A stretch of 64,000 nt of DNA from an uncultured bacterium (lineage in GTDB: Bacteria > Desulfobacterota > Deferrimicrobia > Deferrimicrobiales > Deferrimicrobiaceae). Positions 48,777 to 58,869 of the stretch are shown here, piece by piece. The stretch covers positions 80,630 to 144,629 of the forward strand of contig CAVUIA010000006.1 of the NCBI GenBank assembly GCA_963741515.1, read 5' to 3'. The number at the start of each line of letters is the position of its first letter. Within the stretch, counting starts at the first letter, position 1. The position numbers were made by a program, and so were the translations under genes. The notes beneath the pieces were generated by a model. That model had not been told where the DNA came from. It ran no database searches and saw only the letters and a program-made list of their open reading frames with translations.

Positions 48777-49760
48777 TTACCCGTGCCCGAGCACAGGGTG
48801 CGGCCGGTACGGCGCCTCGAGCTCGGCCCGCTCTTCGTCGGAAAGGCGGATCTCCAGCGCCTTCACCGCGTCCTCGAGATGTTCCATCCGGCTCGCACCG
48901 ACGATCGGGGCCGTGACACCCGGCTTCCCCAGGATCCACGCGAGGGCGACCCGGGCCATGGGCACGCCCCGCTTTCGGCGATCTCCGCCGACCTTCAGGG
49001 CAACCTCGGGGTCGCCCGACCGGAAATACAGCTTGTGGGCGAAATCGTCCGTTTTGGCGCGATGGGTGTCCCCGTGCCCCTCCGCGGGCGGGCGCCGGGT
49101 CAGGTAGCCCCGGGCGAGGGGGCTCCACGGGATGAGCCCGATTCCCTCCTCGAGGCAGAGGGGGATCATTTCCCGCTCCTCTTCCCGGTAGACCAGGTTG
49201 TAATGGTTCTGCATGGTGATGAACCGGCTGTACCCGTGCCGTTCCGCGGCGTGGAGCATCCGGGCGAACTGCCAGGCGTACATGGACGAGGCGCCGATAT
49301 GCAGCGCTTTCCCGGCCCGCACCACGTCGGTCAGCGCCTCGAGCGTCTCCTCGACGGGGGTGTAGGGATCGAACCGGTGGATCTGATACAGGTCGACGTA
49401 ATCCGTCCCCAGCCGGCGGAGGGAATCGTCGATGGAATGGCGGATGTGCTTGCGCGAAAGGCCGCGCAGGTTCGGGTCGTCCCCCATCGGCTGGAACACC
49501 TTGGTCGCGATGACCACCTTGTCCCGCCCCGGCCCGAAATCCTTGAGCGCCCTGCCCAGGATCTCCTCGCTCCTGCCGAGGGAGTAAATGTCGGCGGTGT
49601 CGAAGAAGTTGATGCCGAGCTCCAGGGCCCGCCGGATGAAGGGGCGGCCTTCCTCCTCTTCCAGGACCCATTCCCGCCAGCTTTTCGCCCCGTAGGTCAT
49701 GCAGCCGAGGCAGATGCGGGACACCTTCACGCCGCTGTTCCCCAGGTTCAGGTATTCCAT
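48777..49760 (-). CDS. aldo/keto reductase (intact)
   Basis: 327 aa. 'LGNSGVKVSRICLGCMTYG', 'NFFDTADIYS', 'DYVDLYQIHRFD' and 'LIPWSPLARGYLT' are present. Confidence 0.85.
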   Translation of the reverse strand: MEYLNLGNSGVKVSRICLGCMTYGAKSWREWVLEEEEGRPFIRRALELGINFFDTADIYSLGRSEEILGRALKDFGPGRDKVVIATKVFQPMGDDPNLRGLSRKHIRHSIDDSLRRLGTDYVDLYQIHRFDPYTPVEETLEALTDVVRAGKALHIGASSMYAWQFARMLHAAERHGYSRFITMQNHYNLVYREEEREMIPLCLEEGIGLIPWSPLARGYLTRRPPAEGHGDTHRAKTDDFAHKLYFRSGDPEVALKVGGDRRKRGVPMARVALAWILGKPGVTAPIVGASRMEHLEDAVKALEIRLSDEERAELEAPYRPHPVLGHG

Positions 49761-49953
49761 TTCGCGATGACCTCCGGTTCCATTTTTTCCGGGTTCTGAT
49801 ATCTATGATTCAATCGGAAGAAAGGAGTTCTTTCAAGGGGGGGAAGTTCATCTCCGGCCCGTCCTTCCGCGTGGAAATCCGAGCCGGCAGAGATTATAAT
49901 GTGTGAGATACGTTGAATCCGCCGGGAACCGGGGCAGGAAACGGGAGGGAATC

Positions 49954-50181
49954 ATGGCGCTTGAAAGACTTCACAGGGATGCCGACGTCGAGATAAAGGT
50001 CGGGATTCCGTATAACGCGGCGCAGATCGAGGATATCATCGCGGGGAACAATTGGCCGGTGGTGACATGCAAGGCGTGCGGCGGCACGCACTCCGCGGCG
50101 ATCCGGAAGGTCCTGGAATCGATGGAGGGCGGCCAGTTCGAGTTCTGCGATCCGGAATGCCCGAACGCCCCCGCTAAATAA
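49954..50181 (+). CDS. small Cys4 (CxxC ... CxxxC) putative zinc-ribbon protein, unknown function
   Basis: The ATG at 49954 follows a GGGAGGG RBS. 75 aa. 'TCKACGG' and 'FCDPEC' give four Cys. Confidence 0.45.
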   Translation: MALERLHRDADVEIKVGIPYNAAQIEDIIAGNNWPVVTCKACGGTHSAAIRKVLESMEGGQFEFCDPECPNAPAK

Positions 50182-50202
50182 CCGGGGGAGCGACGGCCCC
50201 GT

Positions 50203-52615
50203 CTATCCTTTCCGGTCGAGGATCTCCCGGATTTTCCGAAGCAGTTCCAAGGGGCTGACCGGCTTCAGGATCAGCTGCGATTTGTCGTCGAGGATTCCCT
50301 TCCTGTCGATCATGTCGGCCGGGTATCCGCTGATGAACAGGATATTCATGTCGGGCCGGACCGATTTGACGGCCTGGTAGACTTCCTTCCCGCTTTTCCG
50401 GGGCATGATCACGTCCAGGACCAGGAGGTCGATCTCCCGCTCGTGCAGGGAAAACCGGTCGATGCCGTCCTGCCCGTCGACGGCGACGATGACGCGATAC
50501 CCGTGATTCTCCAGAATGGTTTTCGTCAGTTCCCGGACCATTTCGTCGTCTTCGACGAGGAGAATGGTTTCGCTGCCTCTGCGTATCGGCAGGGCCGATA
50601 TGGCGGATTCCGCCTCGGCCGCCTTCGGCGCGAGCGGCAGGAAAATCCTGAACGTCGATCCCTTCCCGGGGTCGCTGTGCACGTTGATGAAGCCGTCATG
50701 CTGCTTGACGATCCCGTAGGTGATCGCCAGCCCCAGCCCGGTGCCTTTCCCCGGCCCTTTCGTCGAGAAGAACGGCTCGAAGATCCTGTCCCGCGTCTTC
50801 TTGTCCATGCCGGTTCCCGTGTCCGACACCTCGATCAGGGCGAACATCCCCGTCTTTCCGAATCCGTGCGCCCGGAAGAAGTCTTCGCCCATCTCGAACT
50901 TCCCGGTCGAGATGGAGAGCGAGCCGCCGTCGGGCATGGCGTCCCTCGCGTTGGTCGCGAGGTTCATGAGCGCCTGCTCGATCTGGCCGGCGTCGGCCGT
51001 GACGATGGGAGGGGTATCGCTCAATCGCGTGGTGAAATCGATATCCTCCCCGATCAGCCGCTTCAGGATCCCCTCGACGTTCCGAACGAGGCGGTTCAGG
51101 TCGACCGGCGCCGGATTGATGACCTGCTTCCTGCCGAAGGCGAGGAGGCTTTTCGTCAACTGCGCGGCCCGTTCGGACGACGAGAGGATGGCATCGATCG
51201 AGGGGAGGAGCGGGTCGCCGGGCGCCATCTTCATCTTCACGATGTTTCCGTAGCCGATGATGGCCGTGAGGATATTGTTGAAGTCGTGCGCGACTCCCCC
51301 CGCCAGCGACCCGATGGCGTCCATCTTCTGCGAATGGAGAAGCTGCTGTTCCAGCTTCTTGCGCTCCGTGATGTCCCTGGCGATGCAGATGGCGCTCCAG
51401 GAGCCGTGGAGAAATACCCCGGAAATGCTCAGCTCCACGGGGAACTCGCGCTTGTCTTTCCTGTAGGCGCGGAGTTCCACGACCTTGCCGAGCACCGGGC
51501 CGGCGCCGGATTTCCGGAATTCGTCGAGTCCCTTCGTGAAGGCGTCCATGTACCGGTCGGGCGCCAGGACGGCATGGACGTCCTTTCCGATCACCTCGGA
51601 GGCGGCCCAGCCGAAGATCCGCTCGGCCGCCTTGTTCCAATAGCGGACACGCCCGTCGTTATCGATCTTGATGATCGCGTCCTGGGCCGATTCGGCCAGG
51701 CTCTTGAACTTCTCCTCGCTTTCCCGCAGCGCCCGGTTCGACAGGAGGCTCGTCAGCGCATCGGTCAGCCGGCGTCCGATCTCCCGGAACAGCCGTTCCT
51801 CTTCCGGGGTCCAGACGCGGGGGAAGGAACACTGGTGCACGCCGAATTGCCATGCCTTCCCCACCTTGGGGTGGAGGGCCATCGCCATCAGGTGATCGGT
51901 TCCGGGGCCGAACCGGACCGGGCCTTCCGAAGCGATCAGGATCCGGAAGGTTTCGGCGATGTCCGGATCCATGGGGATGGTCACCCGTGTTTGCAGCGAT
52001 TCCCGGAACCTCCGGACGGGTGCGTTCCATGGGGCAACTCCAGGAATCCGCCTCCGGGTCGCACGGGTAAAGAAGGAACGCCCGGTCGCAATCGAAGATC
52101 GAAAGGACCGCGTCCAGAACATCGCTCATCATCCGGTCGAGATCGTCCGCCATGAGGATTACCTGGTCGACCCGGTCCGTGTTTTCGAAAAACCGGAGCA
52201 GGGCAAGCCGTTTCTTCTCGTCCTGTATTCGGGATGCGATGTCCCGGACCAGCATAAGGCTGTGCTCCTGGCCGTCGTGCTCGAAATAATTCGCGCGCAC
52301 CTCGACCGGAAGGATCCGGCCGTCCATGGTCCTCAGGCGCCCCTCCGACGACAGGAATCCTTTTTCCCGAAGTTCCCTCAGAAGGGCTGGCCAGCGATCC
52401 ACCGTAAAGTCCGCGTTGATGTCCGCCAGACCGAGGCCGGCCAGAGTGTCCCGATCGTATCCCGAGAGGCGGCATGCCTCGTCGTTCGCGAAGAGGAATC
52501 GCGCATCCTTATCGACAAGAAAGGCGGCTTCATGCATGGAGCCCAGCGCCAGGATCAGGCAACCGATTTTCCGGTCCGGAGGAATTTCTTCTGTTTTATT
52601 TTCTATTGTCGACAT
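50203..52615 (-). CDS. hybrid sensor histidine kinase (PAS - GAF - PAS - HisKA - HATPase_c - REC), one frameshift near 52005
   Basis: The C-terminal 639-aa ORF has the H-box '[14 protein letters not shown]', '[10 protein letters not shown]', 'DTGTGMD', '[10 protein letters not shown]' and the receiver '[20 protein letters not shown]'. The PAS/GAF N-terminus ('[23 protein letters not shown]', '[15 protein letters not shown]') is in ORF 51659-52828. The frames join at 'ERTRPEVPG|[13 protein letters not shown]'. The start at ATG 52615 is tentative. Confidence 0.75.
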
Positions 52616-52934
52616 CTCGAGAGGCTCTTTGCCTTTCCGCTCATATTCCTGCCAATTATGTATTTTATTGTAATACAAAAGGAAATTAACGGGGAGGGGA
52701 GCATGGATCCTTTCATCGGAGAACCGGATGCAATAAGAGGGAAACGGCGATTTTGCCCCAGGTTTAAAAAAAATCAAATTTTTCTCCCCTGCCTGCCGAT
52801 ACCATACGAGTGCGGCGCCCGGCGGCAACGGACGGCTAGCAGGAATCAGCAGGAATGTTATTGTAAGTCTTGAAATAATCGGTTAATGTTTTAGGATTGC
52901 TGTGGGTCCAAATCTCGAGCCTGAGGAGGTTCCA

Positions 52935-55263
52935 GTGAAAAAACTTGCCTTACTGTTTCTCGTTGCCCTTCTAGTCGGTTGTGGAGGAGGAGGGGGCAGC
53001 AGCGATTCCACCAATGGAGGGGAGCCGATTGCCACGGTAGCCAGCGCAACCAATACCACTCAAACCGGGGCGACGCTGCGGGGCTATGTCGTGCCGAATG
53101 GCCTGGCAACCACTGCTTGGTTTGAATATGGTACGAGCTCCACTCTGGCGACTTACGACAACACGGCCACCGGAATCGATCGGCGCCGGGACGGACAATG
53201 TGCTTGTCGACACCGCGATCACCGGGCTTACGGCAGGCACCACGTATTACTACCGCGTCTGTTCGTCGAATTCGAAGGGTGAGGATAAAAGCACCATCGG
53301 GAATTTCACGACCTCATCCCTTGTCCCCGATCCTCCTGTAGCCGCCACCGTTGCCGCGAGCTCCGTCGGCGCGACCACGGCCACCCTGAACGGGAATGTG
53401 ACCCCCAACAGCCTGGCGACGACCGCATGGTTCGAGTACGGGACGAGTTCGACCCTTGCCACTTATACCAGCTCGCACGGCCGAGGCGATCGGCGCCGGC
53501 ACCACCAGCGTGCGCGGTCGACGTCGCACTGACGGGCCTGACCACCGGGACCACGTATTACTTCCGGGTGGCCGGCACGAACAGCTCCGGGACGACCAGG
53601 GGAAGCATCCTGAGCTTCACCCCCGGTTCGGCTCCGACGGTCGCCAACCTCGCCGCGACCCCCGTGGGCGCGACGACGGCGACCCTGAACGGCAACGTCA
53701 ATCCCAACGGCCTGGCGACGGAAGCCTGGTTCGTGTGGGGGACGAGCTCGACTCTTGCCGGCGGCACCAGCACGACGCATGAGGCGATCGGCGCCGGCAC
53801 CAGCGCCGTGGCGGTCGACGTCGCTTTGACAGGGCTGACCACCGGGACGACGTATTACTACCGCGTCGTCGCCAGCAACAGTTCCGGGCAAACCAACGGG
53901 ACCCCGATCCTGAACTTCACCTCCGGGGCGGCTCCGGCAGCCACCACGGTCGCCGCGAGCGTCCGTCGGCGATACCACGGCGACGCTGAACGGCAACGTC
54001 ACTCCCAACGGCCTGGCGACGGATGCCTGGTTCGAGTGGGGGACGGCATCGGACCTCGCCGGCGCCACCAGCACGACGCCTGAGGCGATCGGCGCAGGCA
54101 CCGACCCCGTGGCGGTCGATCTCGCCTTGACGGGTTTGACCCCCGGGACGACGTATTACTTCCGGGTTGTCGCCAGCAACAGCACCGGTGAGACCACGGC
54201 AACCAACATCCTGAGTTTCGTTCCCGTGGAGTGGGTCTTCACTGCGACCGGGTCGTTCACGACCGGCCGGGCATGGCACAACGCCGTCCTTCTCAACGAC
54301 AATTCCGTTCTGGTTGCGGGAGGATACCACGACAACGTCACTCTTGACTCCGCGCAGCTGTACGACGCCGATGCGGGGACCTTCTCCGCTGCGGATACGA
54401 TGGTCGAGGATCGGCATTATTTCACCGCGACGCTTCTTGCCAACGGGAATGTCCTGTTGGCGGGCGGGCGCACCTTCGACGGGCCTACCAACCACTCTTC
54501 CGCGGAGTTATACGATGCCGACGCGGATACTTTCACGGCTACCGGGTCGATGTCGATCACCCGTTGGCTGCACACCGCCACGCGTCTTGCGGACGGCAAG
54601 GTCCTGATCACCGGCGGAATCGGGCCGTCATTCGTTACCTCCCTCACCGCTGAGTTGTACGACCCCGATGCCGGGACGTTCAGCGCCGTGGGACCGATGG
54701 GGGCGGCACGGTACAATCACACGGCAACGCTGCTCGCCAACGGCAAGGTCCTGATCACCGGAGGAGTTGGCGCGGGAGGGACCGCCCTCGCCACCGCAGA
54801 GCTTTACGACCCCGATACGCAGACCTTCTCCGCCACGGGGGCGCTGGTGGTCGCCAGACAGCAACAGACAGCGACGATTCTTGCCAACGGGAATGTCCTG
54901 ATCGTGGGCGGACTCAATGCGGCGGGCGCCGCAGTGTCGTCCGCAGAGCTGTACAACGCCGCGACGGGAGAGTTCTCCTCCGTGGGGGCGATGGCTGCCG
55001 CCCGGTACGAGCATACGGCGACGCTGCTTTCCAACGGCAAGGTCCTGGTTACGGGCGGACGCAACACGGGCAACTCCGTCAACACCGCGGAGCTCTATGA
55101 TCCCACCGGGGCGACGTTCGCCGCCGCGGCGGATACGCTGGGGACGGCCAGAAGGGCCCACTCGGCGACGCTGCTCGCAGACGGCAATGTCCTGATCGTG
55201 GGAGGATTCAACGCGGCAAACGCGGGCCTTGCCACTGCGGAGCTTTACTCGCCCGCGGAGTAA
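52935..55263 (+). pseudogene. lipoprotein with four FN3-like ~95-aa modules and a C-terminal six-blade Kelch beta-propeller; four +1 frameshifts in the module region
   Basis: The GTG at 52935 follows a GAGGAGG RBS. The lipobox is 'LVALLVGC|GGGGG'. Modules carry 'ATL(N/R)G.V.PNGLAT.AWFEYGTSS..' and 'GLT.GTTYY(Y/F)RV'. The frames run 0>1 (near 53170), 1>2 (near 53481), 2>0 (near 53513) and 0>1 (near 53962). There are six repeats of 'AELYD..TGTFS..G.M..AR..HTATLL.NGKVLI.GG'. Confidence 0.75.
53383..53465 (+). repeat. left copy of an 83-bp perfect inverted repeat shared by the two lipoprotein genes
   Basis: accctgaacgggaatgtgacccccaacagcctggcgacgaccgcatggttcgagtacgggacgagttcgacccttgccactta is the exact reverse complement of 60533-60615. 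Confidence 0.85.
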
Positions 55264-55294
55264 GGCATCGGGTAACCTACAAGCTGTTGCAGCA

Positions 55295-55327
55295 GGAGAG
55301 GGCGGGGCAACCCGCCCTCTCCATTTT
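55295..55327 (+). terminator. Rho-independent terminator after the Kelch lipoprotein gene
   Basis: A 12-bp perfect stem ggagagggcggg / cccgccctctcc with loop gcaa, followed by aTTTT. Confidence 0.65.
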
Positions 55328-55365
55328 CACCGTCTTTTTTCCTGCCGGGTTCGATCGAGGGAAAC

Positions 55366-56850
55366 GTGGCCCCGTCCGATAGATCCGCTTTCTTGAGCAA
55401 GACCCTCTACACCCGCGGCCTTCAGTGCCGCAAATCCCTCTATCTGTACAAGCATCGCCCCGAACTCCGGGCGGAGGCAACGCCGGAACAGGAGGCGCTG
55501 TTCGCCACCGGGCACGAGGTGGGTGTTTTCGCGCACATGCTGTATCCGGGCGGGGTCGTCGTCCCCTTCGAAGGCCTCGGAAAGGAAGAGCAGCTGGCCA
55601 GGACCCGCGAGGAGATCGACCGCGGGACGAAGGCCATCTACGAGGCGAGTTTCCGCTTCGACGGCATCTTCGTGAAGGCGGACATCATCGTCCGGAACCG
55701 CGGCTACTGGGACCTGTACGAGGTGAAGAGCTCCACCTCGGTGAAGGAGCATCATTGGGACGACGCGGCTATCCAGTACTACGTCCTCTCCGGCTGTGGA
55801 CTCCCGTTGCACAAGGCGTATCTGGTCCACATCAACAACAGCTATGTCCGGCAAGGGGATGTCGTTCCCGAGGAGCTGTTCGCCATCCGGGACATCACCG
55901 ATGTGGTCCGGGAGAAGCAGGCGGCCATTCCGGAGGAACTGGCCGGGATGCGCTCCATGCTTCGGGGGGAGATGCCGGAAATCGATATCGGGCCCCACTG
56001 CACCGATCCGTACGAATGCGACTTCATGGACTTCTGCTGGGAACACATTCCGAAGGATTCCGTTTTTTCCCTGCGGGGCAGAGGGATCGACAAGTGGGAA
56101 ATGTACCGGCAGGGGATCGTCAAGCTCGAGGATGTGCCGCTCGATTCATTGAACCTGATGCAGAGGATGCAGGTTGATTATCACCTGGACAAGAAATCCC
56201 ACGCCGACCCGAAGAAGATACGGCGGTTCCTGGAAGGGGTCCGGTATCCGCTGTGCTTCCTCGATTTCGAGACCTTCGCCTCGGCCATACCTCTCTTCGA
56301 CGGGACGCGTCCGTACCAGCAGGTGCCTTTCCAATACTCCCTGCACCGCATCGACTCGAAAGGGGAGGAGCCGAGACACTTCGAATACCTTGCGCGGCCC
56401 GGGGCGGACCCCCGCGGGGAAATCGCGGAGAAGCTGTCGAGCGAGATCCCCGAAGGGGCCTGCGTCCTCGCCTACAACATGTCCTTCGAGAAGCGGGTGC
56501 TGAAGGAACTGGGCGAGCGCCTCCCGAAGCTTCGAAAGCGCCTGGGCGCCGTATCCGACGGGATGATCGACCTGATGGAACTGTTCAGGCAGCGGGACAT
56601 CTATCATTGGAGGATGAACGGTTCCTACTCCCTGAAGTCCGTCCTGCCGGTCCTGGTGCCGGGGATGACGTACGAAGGGATGGAAATCAGCGACGGCGCG
56701 ATGGCGTCCGGGGCGTACTTCGCCATGGAGGACCTTTCGGACCCCGCGGAACTTGCAAAGCTGCGCAAGGCCATGCTGGAATACTGCAGGCAGGACACGC
56801 TGGGACTCGTCCGTCTGCTGGAGATCATCGAGAACAGGGGAATTGGATGA
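55366..56850 (+). CDS. fusion of a Cas4/AddB-like PD-(D/E)XK nuclease with a 4-Cys (Fe-S) cluster to a C-terminal DEDDy 3'-5' exonuclease (architecture I associate with the DUF2779 family)
   Basis: 494 aa. N-terminal Cys in 'GLQCRKS'. The nuclease core is 'VKADIIV..WDLYEVKSS' (D..ExK) and the QxxxY motif is 'AAIQYYVL'. The Cys triad is 'CTDPYECDFMDFC'. The exonuclease motifs are 'FLDFET' (ExoI), 'AYNMSFEKRVL' (ExoII) and 'YCRQDTLGL' (ExoIII, Y-x3-D). Confidence 0.65.
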   Translation: MAPSDRSAFLSKTLYTRGLQCRKSLYLYKHRPELRAEATPEQEALFATGHEVGVFAHMLYPGGVVVPFEGLGKEEQLARTREEIDRGTKAIYEASFRFDGIFVKADIIVRNRGYWDLYEVKSSTSVKEHHWDDAAIQYYVLSGCGLPLHKAYLVHINNSYVRQGDVVPEELFAIRDITDVVREKQAAIPEELAGMRSMLRGEMPEIDIGPHCTDPYECDFMDFCWEHIPKDSVFSLRGRGIDKWEMYRQGIVKLEDVPLDSLNLMQRMQVDYHLDKKSHADPKKIRRFLEGVRYPLCFLDFETFASAIPLFDGTRPYQQVPFQYSLHRIDSKGEEPRHFEYLARPGADPRGEIAEKLSSEIPEGACVLAYNMSFEKRVLKELGERLPKLRKRLGAVSDGMIDLMELFRQRDIYHWRMNGSYSLKSVLPVLVPGMTYEGMEISDGAMASGAYFAMEDLSDPAELAKLRKAMLEYCRQDTLGLVRLLEIIENRGIG

Positions 56851-58163
56851 AACCGGCGATTCCGAAGAAAGCGGCCCCATCCGACAGGATCCTGCGCGCG
56901 GCGACCGAACGGCTCCAGTGGGTGCGGATCGGGGACGAGGTCGAATACCAGGCCTTCCTGGAAAAAGCGTTCAATGCCCCCGTGGTCTATGATCTCCTCC
57001 GCCGGAAGGAGAGGCTGCACAGGGAGGCCGGCGTGACCCTGCAGCTGGAGGGGTACGATTACCCCCTTTCCGAGGAGTACGGCGGGACATTGTACCGGAT
57101 CTGCAGGGAGGTGCTCGCGAAGCTGGGGTTGACGGGGCTCAACGTGGAGTTTTACGTCTCCCGGTCGAACGACGTCAACGCGTTCGCGACGTTCAGCCAT
57201 GACGACGACAAGCCCCATGCCGTCACACTGACCTCGGCATTGGTCGAGCGGCTTTCCCTGGAAGCCGTGCGGAAGCTGATCGGCCATGAACTCTCGCACC
57301 TTCTTTTCGGGCAATCCGTGCTGCGCGAGGCGGTCTGGTCCATCTACCCGAATTATGAAGGGATGCCTCCCTTTCTGGATGGGGTGTTCGACTATTGGCA
57401 CCAGCTCAGCGAGATGACGGCCGACCGGATGGGACTTCTCGCGTCCGGGCGCATCGAACCGGCGATCGAGGCGATGTTCTGCTTTTCCACGGGATTGTCG
57501 CTGAAACGCATGGATCTCGGTCACAAGGGATACCTCAAGCTGGCGAACCGGCAGATCGGCAGGATACGGGAGAACGAAGGCCTGTACTCGCTGAGCCATC
57601 CGCTCCCCGCCATGCGGGCCAAGGCGCTGTCGCTCTTCCACGAGTCGCGGCTTTGGAAGGATCACCTGGACGGGAAAACGCCCCGGCCGGATGCGGTCCT
57701 GGAACGGAAGATGGGAAGGATCCTCTCCATCATGAGGAAGAGCCCCTCGCAGGCCGTCGCCCGGGTCTCGGTAGACTTCCTCGCATCCGCCGGCTCCCTC
57801 GTGATGACGGCCGACAGGGAGGTGTCCGAGGAAGAGTACGACAACCTCATCGACACGTTATCCTCCTTCACCTTCTGGCCTCCCCGGCGGATCCGGGAAT
57901 TCCTCGGCGGCCCGAGGAAAAGGGCGGTCGCCGCAAGGATGATGAAGAAAGCTTCCGCCTGGATCGAGAAGAACGCCCCCGGGGATCGCGTCGGCCTGTT
58001 CGACTCCCTGGTCGACGTGATGCTGCGGGACCGGCGGGTGGACGACCGCGAGGTGAAGGCGCTGACGGATATCGGCGTAAATCATCTGAAGCTGACCGAG
58101 TCGGAGGTCGCCGATCGCATGCTGCAAGGCGTCCAGAACCGGTTCGAGCCGCTTCGGGGCTAA
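56847..58163 (+). CDS. M48-like zinc metallopeptidase domain fused to a C-terminal TerB-like helical domain
   Basis: The ATG overlaps the upstream stop (ATGA). The HExxH is 'IGHELSHLLFG' and the third-ligand motif is 'SEMTADRMGL' (ExxAD, as in the M48/M56 families). The C-terminal half carries two 'aD+.v...E...L' units ('MTADREVSEEEYDNLIDTL' and 'LRDRRVDDREVKALTDIG') typical of TerB/DjlA-N domains. Confidence 0.6.
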   Translation: MKPAIPKKAAPSDRILRAATERLQWVRIGDEVEYQAFLEKAFNAPVVYDLLRRKERLHREAGVTLQLEGYDYPLSEEYGGTLYRICREVLAKLGLTGLNVEFYVSRSNDVNAFATFSHDDDKPHAVTLTSALVERLSLEAVRKLIGHELSHLLFGQSVLREAVWSIYPNYEGMPPFLDGVFDYWHQLSEMTADRMGLLASGRIEPAIEAMFCFSTGLSLKRMDLGHKGYLKLANRQIGRIRENEGLYSLSHPLPAMRAKALSLFHESRLWKDHLDGKTPRPDAVLERKMGRILSIMRKSPSQAVARVSVDFLASAGSLVMTADREVSEEEYDNLIDTLSSFTFWPPRRIREFLGGPRKRAVAARMMKKASAWIEKNAPGDRVGLFDSLVDVMLRDRRVDDREVKALTDIGVNHLKLTESEVADRMLQGVQNRFEPLRG

Positions 58164-58217
58164 AGGGGAGCGAGACCAAGGCACGCGGTAATCATTGAAA
58201 CGAATGGGGGGCGGATC

Positions 58218-58853
58218 TTGAAGCTGTACCACTTCACTTCTGTCAGGCACATGAGCGAAATCATGAAGAGCGGCCGCATACAGACGACGTATTCGGACAT
58301 CCAGCCCGATGGCGCCGGTCCCGGCGTGGTCTGGCTCACGTCCAACCCGAAGCCGAAACAGCAATGGACGGATGGCGACGCACCGGTTTTCCTGCTCGAA
58401 AAATACGGGATCCGGATCACGGTCGAGATACCGGAGAAAGACGCTCACCGGTATCCCGAGTGGAGCAGGGAGATGGGGATGGAACCGAAATGGTTCAAAA
58501 TCTACACGGAAAGGGACAGCGACTACGGGAACTGGTATGTCGTTACCCGTCCGGTCGACAAATCCGAATGGAAAGCGGTTGAAATGTGGGAAGGGTTCCA
58601 AAGCGACCAGACGCAAGGGTACAGCCAGAGAATGTATGAATCCTTCGATGCGTTCCTTTCGGGTACGGAGGTTCAGGCGTGGATACTGGAAGCCATGAAT
58701 CGGGAGATCGAGCCCGGAGACGGCGTGCCGCCGGTATCGGTCGCCGAATGGCTCAAGACGCGCGGAACCATGAAGCAAGGCGCCAGGAAAACGGAAAAAT
58801 TACTGGCCGACTTGAATATCGCCGGCCCGGGACAGCGCAAGACGAAACACTGA
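58218..58853 (+). CDS. hypothetical protein, 211 aa (N-terminal 'LYHFTS..M.EIMKSGRI' motif; basic C-terminal tail)
   Basis: TTG start after a G-rich RBS. GC looks lower than in neighbouring genes. I do not recognise a family with confidence. Confidence 0.5.
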   Translation: MKLYHFTSVRHMSEIMKSGRIQTTYSDIQPDGAGPGVVWLTSNPKPKQQWTDGDAPVFLLEKYGIRITVEIPEKDAHRYPEWSREMGMEPKWFKIYTERDSDYGNWYVVTRPVDKSEWKAVEMWEGFQSDQTQGYSQRMYESFDAFLSGTEVQAWILEAMNREIEPGDGVPPVSVAEWLKTRGTMKQGARKTEKLLADLNIAGPGQRKTKH

Positions 58854-58869
58854 CTTCAGAAGTCCAAAC

